Notes under the pieces: generated by a model
Told to the model about the DNA's origin: nothing
Seen by the model: the letters and a program-made list of their open reading frames with translations, nothing else
The model's database searches: none
Shown: positions 26,188-39,472 of the stretch, piece by piece
How the letters are laid out: the number at the start of each line of letters is the position of its first letter
Position numbering within the stretch: position 1 is the first letter of the stretch
Position numbers and translations under genes: made by a program
Source of the DNA: Octopus vulgaris
Lineage: Eukaryota
Reading direction: 5' to 3'
NCBI GenBank assembly: GCA_951406725.2
Contig: OX597816.1
Span: forward strand, 108,438,001-108,502,000
DNA length: 64,000 nt

Positions 26188-27370
26188 TACGAGGATCGGC
26201 TGAAAAGTTCATAGGCTGACCAAGATACTCACATAAATCTCATTTGGAATGTGACTAAATGAGATTTATTTTTCAACATAGTCTCCCTTGCGGTCCACAC
26301 ACTTCTCCCATCGGTGTTGCAATGCTTGGATCCCATTGGTGAAGAAGCTTTCATCCTCTCGATCAAAACCTCAGCAGCAAATACGACGTCATCTTCACTT
26401 CAATACTGGTTCCCATCCAAGTGTTTTTTCATGTTCGGAATCAGATTATAGTCAGATGCCGACAATATGGTAAGTGATCAACTAGTTCAAAGCCACGGTC
26501 ACACGCTACAGCCATTGAAACAAGGACTTGTGTGCTGGGGCAGTGTTCTGATGGAACAAAAACCCTTTCATCAGTTTTGATAGTTTTTCGCAACTGCCAC
26601 AGCAGGTTGGCATAGAACTCACCATTAATGGTGTGGCTCTTTTGAAGATAGTCAGTAAACACAATGCCTTTTGCACTCCAAATGACTGAGGCCATCGCCT
26701 TCCTTTCAGATGGGTTCCTTTGGAGCAGGTGAAGGGGTGTATATCCATTGCATGGACTGTCACTTTGTCCCTGGCTCAAAGTGATGAACACAACACTCAT
26801 CCTGGCTTAGAAAACACTCAAGAAAAACAGCTGAATCTGACTCAAACAATATCAGATTTTCCTGTGATGTGATCAGTCTGGTGCAGAAGACGTGGCACCC
26901 ACCGAGCAGAAACCTTCGTCAAACCAAGTTCATAGAGCAAAATATTCTCGTATCTCTCACGGAATATGCTAACAGCATTGGTCATTTGATTTATAATCAA
27001 TCGCCTGTCATCATTACCATATTGTGAACATGATCAATGCTTTCCTCGGTGGTAGCAGTTGACCTTAGGTCATCTTAAAATTTCTCTTTTCTCCTAAATT
27101 CCGCTGCCCACTTCTGCACAGTAGTTAAAGCTGGAGCGTCATTCCCTAATGTAGCAACCATGTAAGCATGAATGCCTTTGGTGGGCTAAGCACTTTTTCC
27201 GCAGCTACTTGATAACACCACGATGCCAAATTTTGTCCATTTTCAAAAGAAGTCGTTAATAGTTACTTTTGAACTCTTCTTTGAACAGTCAGATTTCAAT
27301 TTATCTGCAAAGAAACAATGTAGTTATTAATAGGAATAATTGAAATTAATGCATGCAAGATTTTGCAGCT
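26188..27370 (-). mobile_element. Decayed mariner transposon
   Basis: Terminus TACGAGG..TGAAAAGTTC; KAMASVIWSAKGIVFTDYLQKSHTINGEFYANLL; LFHQNTAPAHKS; GFELVDHLPY. Confidence 0.85.
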
Positions 27371-27400
27371 CTAGCTTCACTCATTCATAGTCAAACCACA

Positions 27401-27516
<116 letters not shown>

Positions 27517-28236
27517 GGAAGTGCGTTTGCAGGTAGGTAGGTAAGTAGGTTGACCGAATTCATTTCAATTTGATACTATGTATATTTTCTAATGCAATTT
27601 CTTTTTCTTTTCGAATATAGAGCTAAAACCAAAGCAAACGATGCTTCAAACCATCGCACAGGACAGAAATCTATGAACACATTTTTTCTAACCAATTTCA
27701 AAATATTTACCTACACATTTTTATAGCCTATGATTTCTTATCATCTTATACAAATTTCTAATCATTTTATTCTCTTGTTCCTACATTCAGAAATAGATTT
27801 TTCAATACTTTAGTCTTCTTTAACTATCATTTAAATTCTAATCGCTTACTAGTGGTTGAACAATTCCCATTCTTGAAATTGAATTCAAGTAAAATCACAC
27901 AAAAGTCACAGCTAAAAATAAATATGATACTTAACAAATAATTGCTCTGCAATTTTAGGAATAAAAATATCAGAAACTTTTATTCCGTTTATATAATTTC
28001 AGTATTATGTTTGTATCTTGTTTGTTTTTTTTGTTTGTTTTTATTCTGTTTTGCTTCAATTGCTAGTAGTGTGTTATTTTTGTTGTTTATACCTTTTCTG
28101 GATATTATTTCGATTTTCAGAATTCTTACAGAATTCGTGATTTAAGATGTCTCACAGTTATAATTTATAGACAAACCCTCGCAGATATACGTATGTGTGT
28201 ACGTGCAAAAAATTAATAAATACATTCATACGTGTA

Positions 28237-28290
<54 letters not shown>

Positions 28291-28292
<2 letters not shown>

Positions 28293-28493
28293 TTAATCCA
28301 AACAAGAAAGCACAAAAAAACACAACAACGCGAGGACGTGGAACAAATATAGTATTATTGGACGCTCAGGAAAGACGGAAAGAAGGAGGGTTTAACGTTT
28401 CGAGCGGAGCTCTTCGTCGGAAACATAGGAGAAGGAAAGATCCAGAGAAGGGAAGACAGAGGAAAAAAATCGTCAACGGTACACACGAGGTCA
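28291..28493 (-). mobile_element. ~200 bp hammerhead-bearing non-autonomous element (pLTR-like, family B) in (TA)n
   Basis: Closely similar copies at 43784-43982 (+) and 46918-47130 (-). TA repeats on both sides. Confidence 0.85.
28390..28424 (-). ncRNA. Minimal type I hammerhead, family B
   Basis: GTTT-CCGACGA-A-GAGC-TCC-GCTC-GAAA-CG-TT-AAAC (C4 variant, palindromic stem III). Confidence 0.75.
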
Positions 28494-28556
28494 TATATAT
28501 ACAGAGATAAATAGATAGACAGACAGAGAGACAGATAGATAGATTGATAGATAGAC

Positions 28557-28637
<81 letters not shown>

Positions 28638-31600
28638 TGTTTCTTTATTAGCCACACAGGGCTGCACACAGACGGGACAAATTACAAGGTAGATCTTTTC
28701 TTTTGTGGGTAAAAAAGGGGGTTTGGTTTTCGATCAAAAGGGATCGTAAAAGGAAAGAAAGAGGACAAAAGAGGGGGGATAACATTTTAAAAAAAAAAGG
28801 AAAATTAAAAAATTGATCAATAGGGATCGTTATCACAGAAATGTCAATATAAAGTGTAAAGGGGAGGACAGGTGAGGTTTACCCGTGGAAAGAAAAGCCT
28901 ACGGAAAAGACCACGGTAACCTCAGTCAATTAAGTCACATGTTATATATATTTTTTTTTTACAAATAAGCAATATTCTGTATTAATTTTTACGGTTCATA
29001 GGATCATAGTCAAGGTGGCTTCGTCATTCATACGTGCCATCCTTGCTACATTCACCCATCTTTTTTTAAAACATTCACTAGACAAAACTTGCCTCTCTAC
29101 TCTCACTTTCCTCTTCAAGTGATACTTGAAGAAGTTGATGAGAGATTGACTAAAGAGGAAAGTGTCTGTCTCTAATCCTTTCAGGCGCGTCCACCAGATA
29201 CATTCTTTCGCCATAGCCACAAGTATGATAAAAATAGCTCTTCCTTCCCGTTTGAAGGAAGGAGGCGTGACGATATTAACGATAGACTCGGCTGATAAAC
29301 CGACACGTCCCACACGTGACAGCAGTCGTTCGACATAAGCCCCCAGGTCGGAGATTGTTGGACACTGCACGATTGCGTGCAGAACGGTTTCGTCGCTCTG
29401 CCCGCATCTCGGGCAGGTCGGCCCCGTGTTTCTCGAGCCATGCCTATAGAGCTTATCCCGAACGGGTAGCGCTTCTCGGTAGCACCGCCAGGCCAGGGAT
29501 CTCTGGAAGTTGTCCATGGGTCCCGGCTCGAAAGTCGTTTCAAACAGGCGGGTCAGGTATTCCTCGTCGACGCCCAGGTTTGCCCCAAGATCGTCGTCGT
29601 ACCTCCCCTCCACTAATCTCCTATAGAATGCTTTGGTTGTGTTGAAGTCACTCAAGGTCGACCCGGGACGGCAGAGTTGCTTGAGAGCAACGCGACACTC
29701 GCGGTGCCATTCGCCCTTCCTCGGCAGTTCGGTCATGGAGACGAGCTGCGGGAATGCGTGCCTCACAAACGGCGACCACACCTGTTCACCGTCGTCTACA
29801 TAGAGCCGGAGATGTCGCAGTCTCAGCGCGTGTCTGCGCATCATCAACCACGGCATGCCCAGCCCTCCTTTTAACGGGTGTTGACAGCAAATGGATCGCC
29901 TGACCATCGGGACGCATCCTTTCCACAAGAAGCGGAAGAGAATGCGTTCTAGTTTGGTGATAGTAGGGTCGGAACAAGGTACGACGGTCAGGCGGTTGTA
30001 GATGATGGACGCGATGTACGTGTTCGCCACCTTCTCCCGACCGTTTAGGGACAGTTTCTTCTCGACCCATTGCCGGGCGAGAGTGACCACCCTACTCGTT
30101 ATCTCGTTCCAGTTCTTCTCCATTTGGAGGTTCGGACCGAACTAGACCCCGAGCAATTCAACCGGGCCGTCCGTCCAGCGTCCCACGATGGCGGTACTGG
30201 TGGACGGCATGGGCTTGCTTCTCCAGGTGCCGAGCCGCAAGCCCACTGACTTTTCCCGGTTGATTTTTGCTCCTGTCACCGCTTCGTAGTCTTTCAGTGT
30301 CTCGCCGACCAGCTCGATATGCTCGTGGCTTGACACTATGACGGTGACGTCGTCCGCGTATGCAGACACGCTTGTCCCGCATCCCAATTCTCCCGGGATG
30401 CCCCTCAGAGTCGCCAGCTTCCGCAGTAGTGGCTCGAGAGTCAATACGTATAGAAGCGACGAGAGGGGGCATCCCTGACGGACCGAACGTGCAATGTCGA
30501 AAGGTCTCGATAGATGTCCATTTACGCGAACTACCGAACGGATGCCTCTGTACAACGCAGCTATCCAGCCGCGGAAGACAGGACCGAAACCAGCCGCTCT
30601 CAGGACTGCCTCCAAGTATCGATGGTCTACCCTATCGAAGGCTTTCGATTGATCCAAATTGATCAGGGTCCCACCCATGCCAGTTTCCTTAACTACTCTG
30701 TCTATGATGTAGCGCATCAGATGGAGGTTGTCATGGATGCTCCGGCCCGGCACGGCGCACGTTTGTGCCTTGTCGACCAGTTTCTCGATGACAAGCGCCA
30801 ACCTCTTGGCTAACACCTTGGTCAAAATTTTCAGGTCTGCATTGAGCAGGGTGATTGGTCTAAAGTTATCTATAATGTTCCCCCTTGTTTGGATCTTTCT
30901 TCAGCAGCGTTACGGCTCCTCGGCTCACAAAACTGGGTATGCTCCCGTTTTGCTGCCAGTTGCAGTATACCGCTGCCAAGACGTCTCCAAACAAGTCTGG
31001 CATACAATTGTAAAACTCGTAGGGCCGACCATCCAAACCCGGCGATTTGTCTCTCGAGCATTCTGCCATTGCGTCCCGCACATCCGCCGCCGTGATGACA
31101 CCTTCGCAGCACTCTGCTTCTCTTGCCGAGAGTCGTGGTAGGCTGTGCAGGTAGGCACTGAAGTCCACCCTGCGTTCACGCTCGCCACTCGTCCCGTACA
31201 GTCGGGCAAAGTGCCGCTGAAATGCCTCGCACATCTTGCTGGCCTCGAGCAATTCGCGCCCTTGTTCATCTACCAGAGACCGAATGGTGGCTTTGTTGCC
31301 CTGCTGCGCCTCCGCCACCCGGGCCTCTCTCGCGGCTCCAATACCTTCCATCCTTAAAGCACGCATCCTAGCCCTGACAGCACACCCTTCGTGTTTGGCG
31401 TTGAAGTGTTGGTCAAGGGCCAACCTCGCCGCTAAAACGTCGGATGTGATTCCGCTTCTTATTGCCTCTTCTAACTTCTATTTCTATCTACGGCTAGTGC
31501 CTTGCTATATCTAATTGCTTTCGCTTTTACTGCTCTCTTGAGGGCGAACCACCATTTGTTGTTGACAATGGCTCCCGTAATGGCTCCCTTTTTACTAACG

Positions 31601-32207
31601 TGTTGATTCTGTCTCTGAAAACATGTCTGGACGGGAAAGATGCGTTCAGTTTCCAGTAACCGGGACCCTGTCTATGTGCCTTATCTAAGTCTAGCGTACA
31701 CGTCACGAATTTGTGATCCGTGTAGCTGACTGTGTGGAATTGTGGACATCCTAAGTTATCCCTCTCTACTGTCCTACACAGTATCCTATCTAGATACGAT
31801 CTCAACGACCCACTGCAGTTGCTCCATGTCCACGTTGGTGCATTTGGGTGGTCGAGTCGGTACCTGTCAGACAGTTGGAATCGTCTGAGCAGGTCTCTGA
31901 GGCATTTGCATCCCCTTCTGTTTTTGTCTCTCCCCACATAGTCTAGATGCGTGTCCAAGGTAGCATTCCAATCCCCCACTAAAAGTAAAGGACGAGACGT
32001 TCCTAGGAAAACTTCTAGACGTCGAAAGAAATCCGTCCGACCTGTTAAAGGCGGTGCGTAGACTGATACGAGTCGAAAAGCGCACCCATTGCTGCCGTCG
32101 ACATCCAGAACGACCAGTCTACCCTCCGGGTCTACGAATATCATCTTGACTTCGAGATCCAGGCTCTTGTGAAAAGTACCGCGGTGCCACTACCGCCCAT
32201 CCTCGGC
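28638..32207 (-). mobile_element. L1/Tx1-clade LINE (APE + RT + zf-RVT), 5'-truncated, disrupted, inside (GATA)n
   Basis: APE: GRLVVLD..VYAP..GDWN..SYLDRI..TDHK..GYWKLN. RT: KSPGLDG..DQSKAFDRVDH..VRQGCPLS..AYADDV..GAKINREKS. C-terminus: CPRCGQSDETVLHAIVQC. Frameshifts near 31527, 31480 and 30866, and a stop at 30142. The 3' end is AATAAAGAAAC followed by (ATCT)n. Confidence 0.95.
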
Positions 32208-32293
<86 letters not shown>

Positions 32294-32865
32294 GGAAGGA
32301 AAGAAAGAGAGAGGGAAAGAGAGAGATGAATAACTATATAGATATAACCACATGCATATGTGCACAGACACACGCGCACACACGCATACACACACCACAG
32401 GCACATATACACACACTCACTCACTCACACACAAACACACACACACACACATATATGTATCAATGAATGTGCATTTATCTACCTATCTAAATGTGTATAT
32501 GTGCGTGTGCGTGTGTGTGTGAGCGTGCGTGCGTGCGTGTATGTGGGCGTGGGGGCAGGGTGGGGGTGTTATTTAAATGTACATTTAAACAATCAAATGT
32601 ACTGGAAGCAATAAATCTATATGTGCAGATAGTAGTATAAATATCCGTGTCAGATTCTGTTCATTTTAATTTGATATCGACATATATACTGATTATTTTG
32701 CTAACAGTATATTTAGATAAATAGATATGTATATATTTTAAACATGTCTATCTCGGTATATCGAGAACTGCAATAACATTAATTAACCTTCGTACAGCCA
32801 TAAAATATAAATTATATATATTTATTACATAATTTCGCTGAGTATACAAACCCACACACACACAC

Positions 32866-32907
<42 letters not shown>

Positions 32908-33317
32908 AAGTTCATGTAAAATTGCATTCAGATACATGAATACGTAAGTATATATGTGTATGTGTGTACATGTGCAAGTGTCTATTTGTGGGTTTATATA
33001 CACAAGCAAGATATTGCATACATGCATTCATACACACATACACATTCATTCATATATATATATATATTTGTATATGTATATATATATATTATATGTATAT
33101 ATATATATATATATATGTACGTGTGTGTGTGTGTATGTCTATATACATACTCATTTACACACATGAACTATATAGTTACCTATATCTATATATTACAATT
33201 TAGGTTAGTTGAAATATGTTTGTCACATATTTCAACTGCTAAAGGCAAATACGGGCGATCTACAAGCACAAATCAGTCACTGTGTTGATTGAATTATATA
33301 TAAATCTATAAGCTTTA

Positions 33318-33429
33318 TTCAATTCGTTCAGAGTTGCCTCTCTTATGTACGTCTCATCGACAAGAGTCATTAAACTCGAAACATCGATGTCTGAGATTTT
33401 CGAGAGAGGGCGACACTGAATGAATTGGG
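33318..33429 (+). ncRNA. Type I hammerhead with variant core UCGACAA on an extended hairpin
   Basis: TCTCA-TCGACAA-GAGT-CATTAA-ACTC-GAAAC-ATCGAT-GTC-TGAGA (33352-33396). Outer helices CCTCTCTT/GAGAGAGG, GTTG/CGAC and CAATTCGTTCAG/CTGAATGAATTG. Confidence 0.8.
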
Positions 33430-33771
33430 TGTCTTCACACCTTTTTAACATAAGAGAGATTTGTTCTCCTCGGTAACTGCAGTGTGTTTGCCTTTATTAG
33501 GTGAAATATGAAAAATTTATCAGCCTCTTATTTTCTATTCCTTAACATTTTGTTATCATTGTCAAAGACAATGACTGTATTTTAATACAACTATTTTAAC
33601 TAATTTTTAACATCACAAAGGCTACACAAGACCTTGCACTTTACTTTTGAAAATCTCTTTTTAAAAAAAGTGAAACCGGTTAGGTCAATAAACATCTTTA
33701 AAAGACCTCTGCATTTTCAAATCCTCTTCCCTATTTATTTTCACTCGTGCGGTACCTGCCATTTTTGCTTT

Positions 33772-33832
<61 letters not shown>

Positions 33833-33880
33833 GGCGGTGCTCCAGCATTACCCCAGCCTCTATCTGAAGCCAGCTAAGGA

Positions 33881-33951
<71 letters not shown>

Positions 33952-34047
33952 AAGCATATTACTTTAATGCACATATATGATACACATAACATTTCCACTC
34001 ATAAGTATGCATGCATGCATACATACATACATACATACATACATACA

Positions 34048-34079
<32 letters not shown>

Positions 34080-34483
34080 AAGAGACAGAGAGAGGGAAGG
34101 AGTGAGAGACGTAAAGAGAGACAGAAAGAAAGGAGCTGAGAGAGGGAAAAAAGAGTGGAAGATGACACAGTGAGAGATGTATAATCAAGAGAATCAGAAT
34201 GGTCACTACGGAAACTGTGATATAATTCATTGGAAGTTGATACTTCATAAATCGTTACTCCGAGCTTTTCGTATCAGATATATTTTTTTTCCTTTTGTTT
34301 TCCTTTATATACAATCAAAACGTCATAACATCATGGCGGACAGTAGTTGAATGACTCGAGATAAGATAATTTTATTGGATAATGATATAACAATTGCTTA
34401 CAAATAGATAATAATAATACTAGTTGAGTGTTAGAATAATTGAGATAAAAATAAATTATACAAAACAATATTATGGGCGTAAG

Positions 34484-34547
<64 letters not shown>

Positions 34548-34780
34548 CATACATATACATATATATATATAAACATACATATATACGTATATATATATAT
34601 AAATATATGTATGTATGTATTTTCACAAAAAATGTAAAAACAAATGTTGAAAGCTGTTAGGTCACTGTAGGCACACTTTGAAGAAATTATATCGCAATTA
34701 TTCGGCTCCAAATGGCTTAGTAAGCCATACAAACATGCATAAACGCACACACACACTTATGTATACGTATATATACTTAC

Positions 34781-34856
<76 letters not shown>

Positions 34857-34919
34857 CATACATATATATATATACATATATATATATACTTACATATACA
34901 TATATATATGTATACATAC

Positions 34920-35002
<83 letters not shown>

Positions 35003-35699
35003 AAAATATTGACAGTTGCGTTTGTATATAAATTCTAACGGCAGGAATATAATTCAGGTCTTTAAATTTTTTTGGCTTTCTGAATTTTCAACTGTTTGAA
35101 ATATTCCTTCTTCAATAAACCATTTCGAGCCCAATTATTACTATATAGTTTCATCAAAGTGCCCCTGCAATGACCTAATGGTTCTGAACGTTCATTTTTA
35201 CTTTTAATTTTTTTATAGATTTATATATATATTCCCACGTATATTCTTACGCACATCATATCACTTTGTATAGTTTATTTTTTATCGCTATCATTCTATC
35301 ACTCAACTATTCTTACCTATTTTTAAACAATGTTTATATCATTATCCAATAAGATTTTGTGACCTCGTGTCATTCAGCTACCGTTCGCAATGATGTTATG
35401 ACATTTTAATATATGCTATAAAATCGGCGGTGAAAAGCTCGGAGAAACGCTTTATAAAGTGTCGGCATCCAATTCTATCACACTAACGCCAATAGAGATC
35501 ATTCTATTTTCTTCTTTTTGTTTATACTTATCTCTCTCGAATATATACATGTGTACATACATACATACATACATGCATACATACATACATACATACATAC
35601 ATACATACATACATACATACATACATACATAGACACACATTTATACATACGTACATACATACATACGTAAATGTATAAATGTATGTCCATTTATATGTG

Positions 35700-36075
35700 T
35701 ATGTTCTGTTTTAATTATTTGATGTCTTCCTCAAGGGAAAGATCTAGTTTCTAGCAAAGATACAAAGTTCCATCATAAGAATGTATATAACAAATGTAGA
35801 TAACACAAACGAATTTACATTTAGATCTTTAAAAAGTCTTGCATGTTTTTACTGTTCTGCTTACAATTTGTATTTGTAATGTGAAAGTTAGCTAATTCAT
35901 TTCTCCTTTCGAAAACCCCAAATTATCCAGACTGTCACCCAGCTTATCCATATTGTCACAAAACCAAGCGCACCAATTATTACTGGTATAAATGTGAATT
36001 TATAATTTGGGTATACAAGCAGAAAGTTTCATAGCAGTTGCCAGTAGTTATCCGCTTTCTCTTTTATTTTCGAAA
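35700..36075 (-). mobile_element. (CATA)n-associated RLE LINE group, older 3' fragment
   Basis: DNYWQLL..YPNYKFTFIPVIIGALGFV..LDNLGFSKGE..TLQIQIVSRTVKTCKTF. The 3' end faces a CATA array. Confidence 0.7.
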
Positions 36076-36384
36076 AAATAAAAGCTCACTGCATACCAAA
36101 TTTTACGTTCCAATTTATCTTATCGTCCAAAAATCGGCAACGAACAACTCAAAATAAATATTTGTGCAAATTCAACTTCTAATAAATTATATATGTTTGT
36201 GTAAGTATGCATGCGTATATATTTCTTCGAAATATACATATATATATTCTTTGAAATAAAAAAAATTGCCGCCTTCCTGTGTCCTATTCGGTAGCATTAC
36301 AAGTTCTAAAATTGCGGGTTAGTTTGTCAGTGGGCAGTTTAGCTTAGGTGACCGGTAATCAAAAGGATGTGGGTTCGAGAAAGT

Positions 36385-36420
36385 CTTTTACGTTTCGAGC
36401 CTACGCTCTTCAATGGAAAG
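36385..36420 (-). ncRNA. Degenerate minimal hammerhead, family C
   Basis: CTTT-CCATTGA-A-GAGC-GTAG-GCTC-GAAA-CG-TA-AAAG. Stems intact, 5' core broken. Confidence 0.5.
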
Positions 36421-36758
36421 GAACACAGAAATACGCAGAGAGAGAAAATAATAATAAAGGTTTAGTGGCTAGCGATTAATCATGGTGAGTGGTGGACAGA
36501 GGTGGTTAGACAGGAGAGCTAGAAAGAAGGGGAGATAAAAAAAAAGTATTGGTGATAAAGACGAGAGGAGGAAAATTTCAAAAGGTGTGGGGAGAAAAAA
36601 CTCAAAAGAAAGGGCGAGAGAGAGAGGCAAAGTAATAATGTGTGAATTGAGAGAATACAGAGTAAGAAAAAACAAAATAAGAAATATATATATATATATA
36701 TATTTAGTGAAGGGAAGAAATGGAGCTGAACGAAGATTCTACAAAATTCCTTTTTATT

Positions 36759-36844
36759 ATTTTCTACACATGTTTCAAAGGCTGCAAATTTCCAAATTCG
36801 GATTGAATAAGGAGACCATTTTGCAGCTTTCTCTTCAGGAAAAT
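36759..36844 (-). ncRNA. Type I hammerhead ribozyme, canonical core
   Basis: ATTTTC-CTGAAGA-GAAAGCTGCAAA..TTTGCAGCCTTT-GAAAC-ATGT-GTA-GAAAAT: 6-bp stem I, 11/12-bp stem II, GUA site. Confidence 0.85.
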
Positions 36845-37455
36845 CCAGGAATTTAAATCTCCAAACAAATGCGCAGCAAGCTATTCGAACAAAATGCTCC
36901 CTAGGAGCCCATTGTATGAATGGCACAAAACTGTCTCTCAATATGCGTTGACGTCAGGGTGGGTGAAGGCCGACGAAAAAGTCCGTTGGAATAAATCGAG
37001 GTCAAACTGCGGTTAAATTTGGTAGGGGAAGAATTACAGAAAACCAAAGGGTGTGAATATATTCTGTATAACTAATGTTAATGTTCGAATTGTTTTAAGA
37101 ATGAAAGCTATCTTATTTGGGTGTGAGAAACTACCTACATGTATGTGTGTGTGCGCCTGCGTATGTGTGGCAGTATGTTAGGAAGCAGCTAGAGGGAAAA
37201 TATATTGCAGATATTGTTGGTCAATCGGCTGATGAAAGCCTGTGTCTGTGTGTTCGTCTGTGGCCAGTTTATATACAGATGACTTGTCAAACAAGGGGAG
37301 TATAATCCCTGATATTGTTTCTAAATAAGTAGCAGATCATACGCTAAAAGGGGAGTAATTTCCCCTTACAAATTTAATTCAAAATTTTTTTCCAAATTTT
37401 TTCCAAAAATTTTTTTTCCTTTCTTAGGACATCAAGGTGTTAATTATCTTAGGCT

Positions 37456-38166
37456 TCAATTGTATGCAAGAAATGTATGCCGCTTCCAGTGGGGACATCT
37501 AAAAGAGTTTTGCAAAATCGCGTTAACTAGCTGCCCCCGGGCGAACAAAATGTGAAAAAGTTCATAGTTGCAGAGATTACAGATTCTTTTGCCTCTATCA
37601 AACGGTACAGACACCGATAAAATCGACCATTCCAGTCTAAATGCTGAATTCGCGTTCTTCAAACGCCAGATTAATTTACTTAGTCCGGTCGCGTGTTGTT
37701 TTCTAAAATTGCGAAATGTTGTGAAGTGGTTCGATATTCTCACGGCCAATTTTGATGAAGACGCTCCGATATACAAGTAGACATCTGATTCAGTATAAAC
37801 TCTGCATTGGTAAATGGCATTTCTAATCTTGGAATTACTAGATAAGAACCTTATTCTATTGGGATTGGCTTCCGATATTAATACGGCGTTCTTATTACTA
37901 TGATGATTGTGAGAACTGCGGCTGTCTTCGACCTTATACACCCCATTATCAATACTATTTAATGGAATATCACCTGTATATTCCCTGGCACTGAGATCGC
38001 TGTGATTGCTAATGTCCGTGATGCTACTGTTGTCAAAACCGTTGCTAAAAGTGTTATTGGGACTCTCTACATTAATGACTCGTAACCTCAACCGTGTTTT
38101 TTCTGTTGTGATTTTTGCTACCCAGGTATCGGTTAAATTTTGAATATTTTGAATAATCCGTAACAA
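37456..38166 (-). pseudogene. Penelope-type GIY-YIG endonuclease, uninterrupted C-terminal frame
   Basis: AIYQCRV..LYIGAS..RISNHFTTFR..TGLSKLIWRLK..WSIL..ICNLCNYELFHIL..N..RCPH. No RT or convincing start codon in the window. Confidence 0.85.
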
Positions 38167-38647
38167 GATAATTCATTTATCCATTTCAATAAGCCATAGT
38201 GTCACAGTAAATGAAATTTGTATAATTAGAATACTATAAATTGATTCCTTTTTGTTACGCATCTTTATCATGAAAGCTGAGAAAAAAACAATTAAGAAAC
38301 AAATACGGCTTCTAAAATCAAGTGACGTTCGCACAAAACATTATATAACACAAACTCATTTCTGGAATGAAATATTTGAACTGGCCTAACAAAAACAGAT
38401 CAGTTTCTTCTACAATTAGTTGATTTATGTCTGATACGTGATGTCCCCTAGCGGACAGTTAATACAAGGGAGATAATCATTTCTTGATAATATTTGGCGT
38501 GACCAGAAGTTTGAATCTGAAATTAAGGATTTACAAGGGGGAAATGCATAAAATACGTATATTCAATCGCTTCAGGTGTTCCTTACACAATGTATGTGCG
38601 ATCGATAAAGTTTAGATAACTAGAGCTGCTTTTGATTTATAATTTAA

Positions 38648-39014
38648 CTAGCAGTATCGCCCGGCGTTGCTCGGGTTCGTTTCGACCCTTTAGAATTGGA
38701 ATTTTTGAAAAGTAAAAATTTTGCATTATGTAGCTTAAGTGAACATTTTTCTGGTTGAAATACACCGAAAAATGGCGACACAGCAGTCAAAAAATCGCAA
38801 GAAATAGGGATTTTCACAGAAAAACCCCATTTTTTTATGTAAATAATTTTTGGCGTTAACATGGTCCGATTTGAATTTTTTCTTCTACGGAAGGAAGAGC
38901 AAGCCTTCTTCTATCACACACTCAACTTGCGCCGCAGGGTCTCGGAGGAGATATTGTTAGTTGAAGGCTACCAAACCTGCCATACACAGACAACTTCAGC
39001 TTTATATATAAAGA
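38648..39014 (-). mobile_element. Non-autonomous Helitron
   Basis: Minus strand: A|TC-TTTATATATAAAG ... hairpin CCCGAGCAACGCCGGG ... CTAG|T (5' TC, 3' CTAG, AT target). Confidence 0.8.
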
Positions 39015-39418
39015 TTTACTTTCACATGCGCTACGCTGCATCACATCAGCATGTAGATTTCATTCTATTTGCATTTAAGTCACAAACCAGCGATTCACTT
39101 CGTTTCGAGATAATCCGAATATATGGTATTGATAAGCCACATTAATGGCGAAATATTGATATCTACCATTCTCGGTGATTCCGAATCGAGTTGTCTCACC
39201 TGGTCTGTGAATACGAGGAATTCTTTAACACTTAGCATTGTGTAGGGAGCTTTTTCCAGGACGCTTTCCTGCAGTAAATTTGGTGTATAAACAAAACACA
39301 CTATGTATGCGTGATCGATAATGTTCGTGTGTGTGTTTGTGTGCGCGCGTGCGTATGTGCATGTGTGTGCGTGCAGTGTATGTGTGTACATGCATGTATA
39401 TATATGTGTGTATGTGTC

Positions 39419-39457
<39 letters not shown>

Positions 39458-39472
<15 letters not shown>

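Larger units (their letters stand above)
36700..38200 (-). mobile_element. 5'-truncated Penelope-like element: GIY-YIG ORF plus hammerhead-bearing 3' region
   Basis: The GIY-YIG ORF and an intact hammerhead are on the same strand, ending at a (TA)n tract near 36700. Linkage across the intervening ~600 bp is inferred. Confidence 0.65.

Noticed and set aside
29181-32085. Overlapping and antisense ORFs within the Tx1-like LINE
   Set aside because: Expected by-products of a GC-richer coding sequence, with no motifs.
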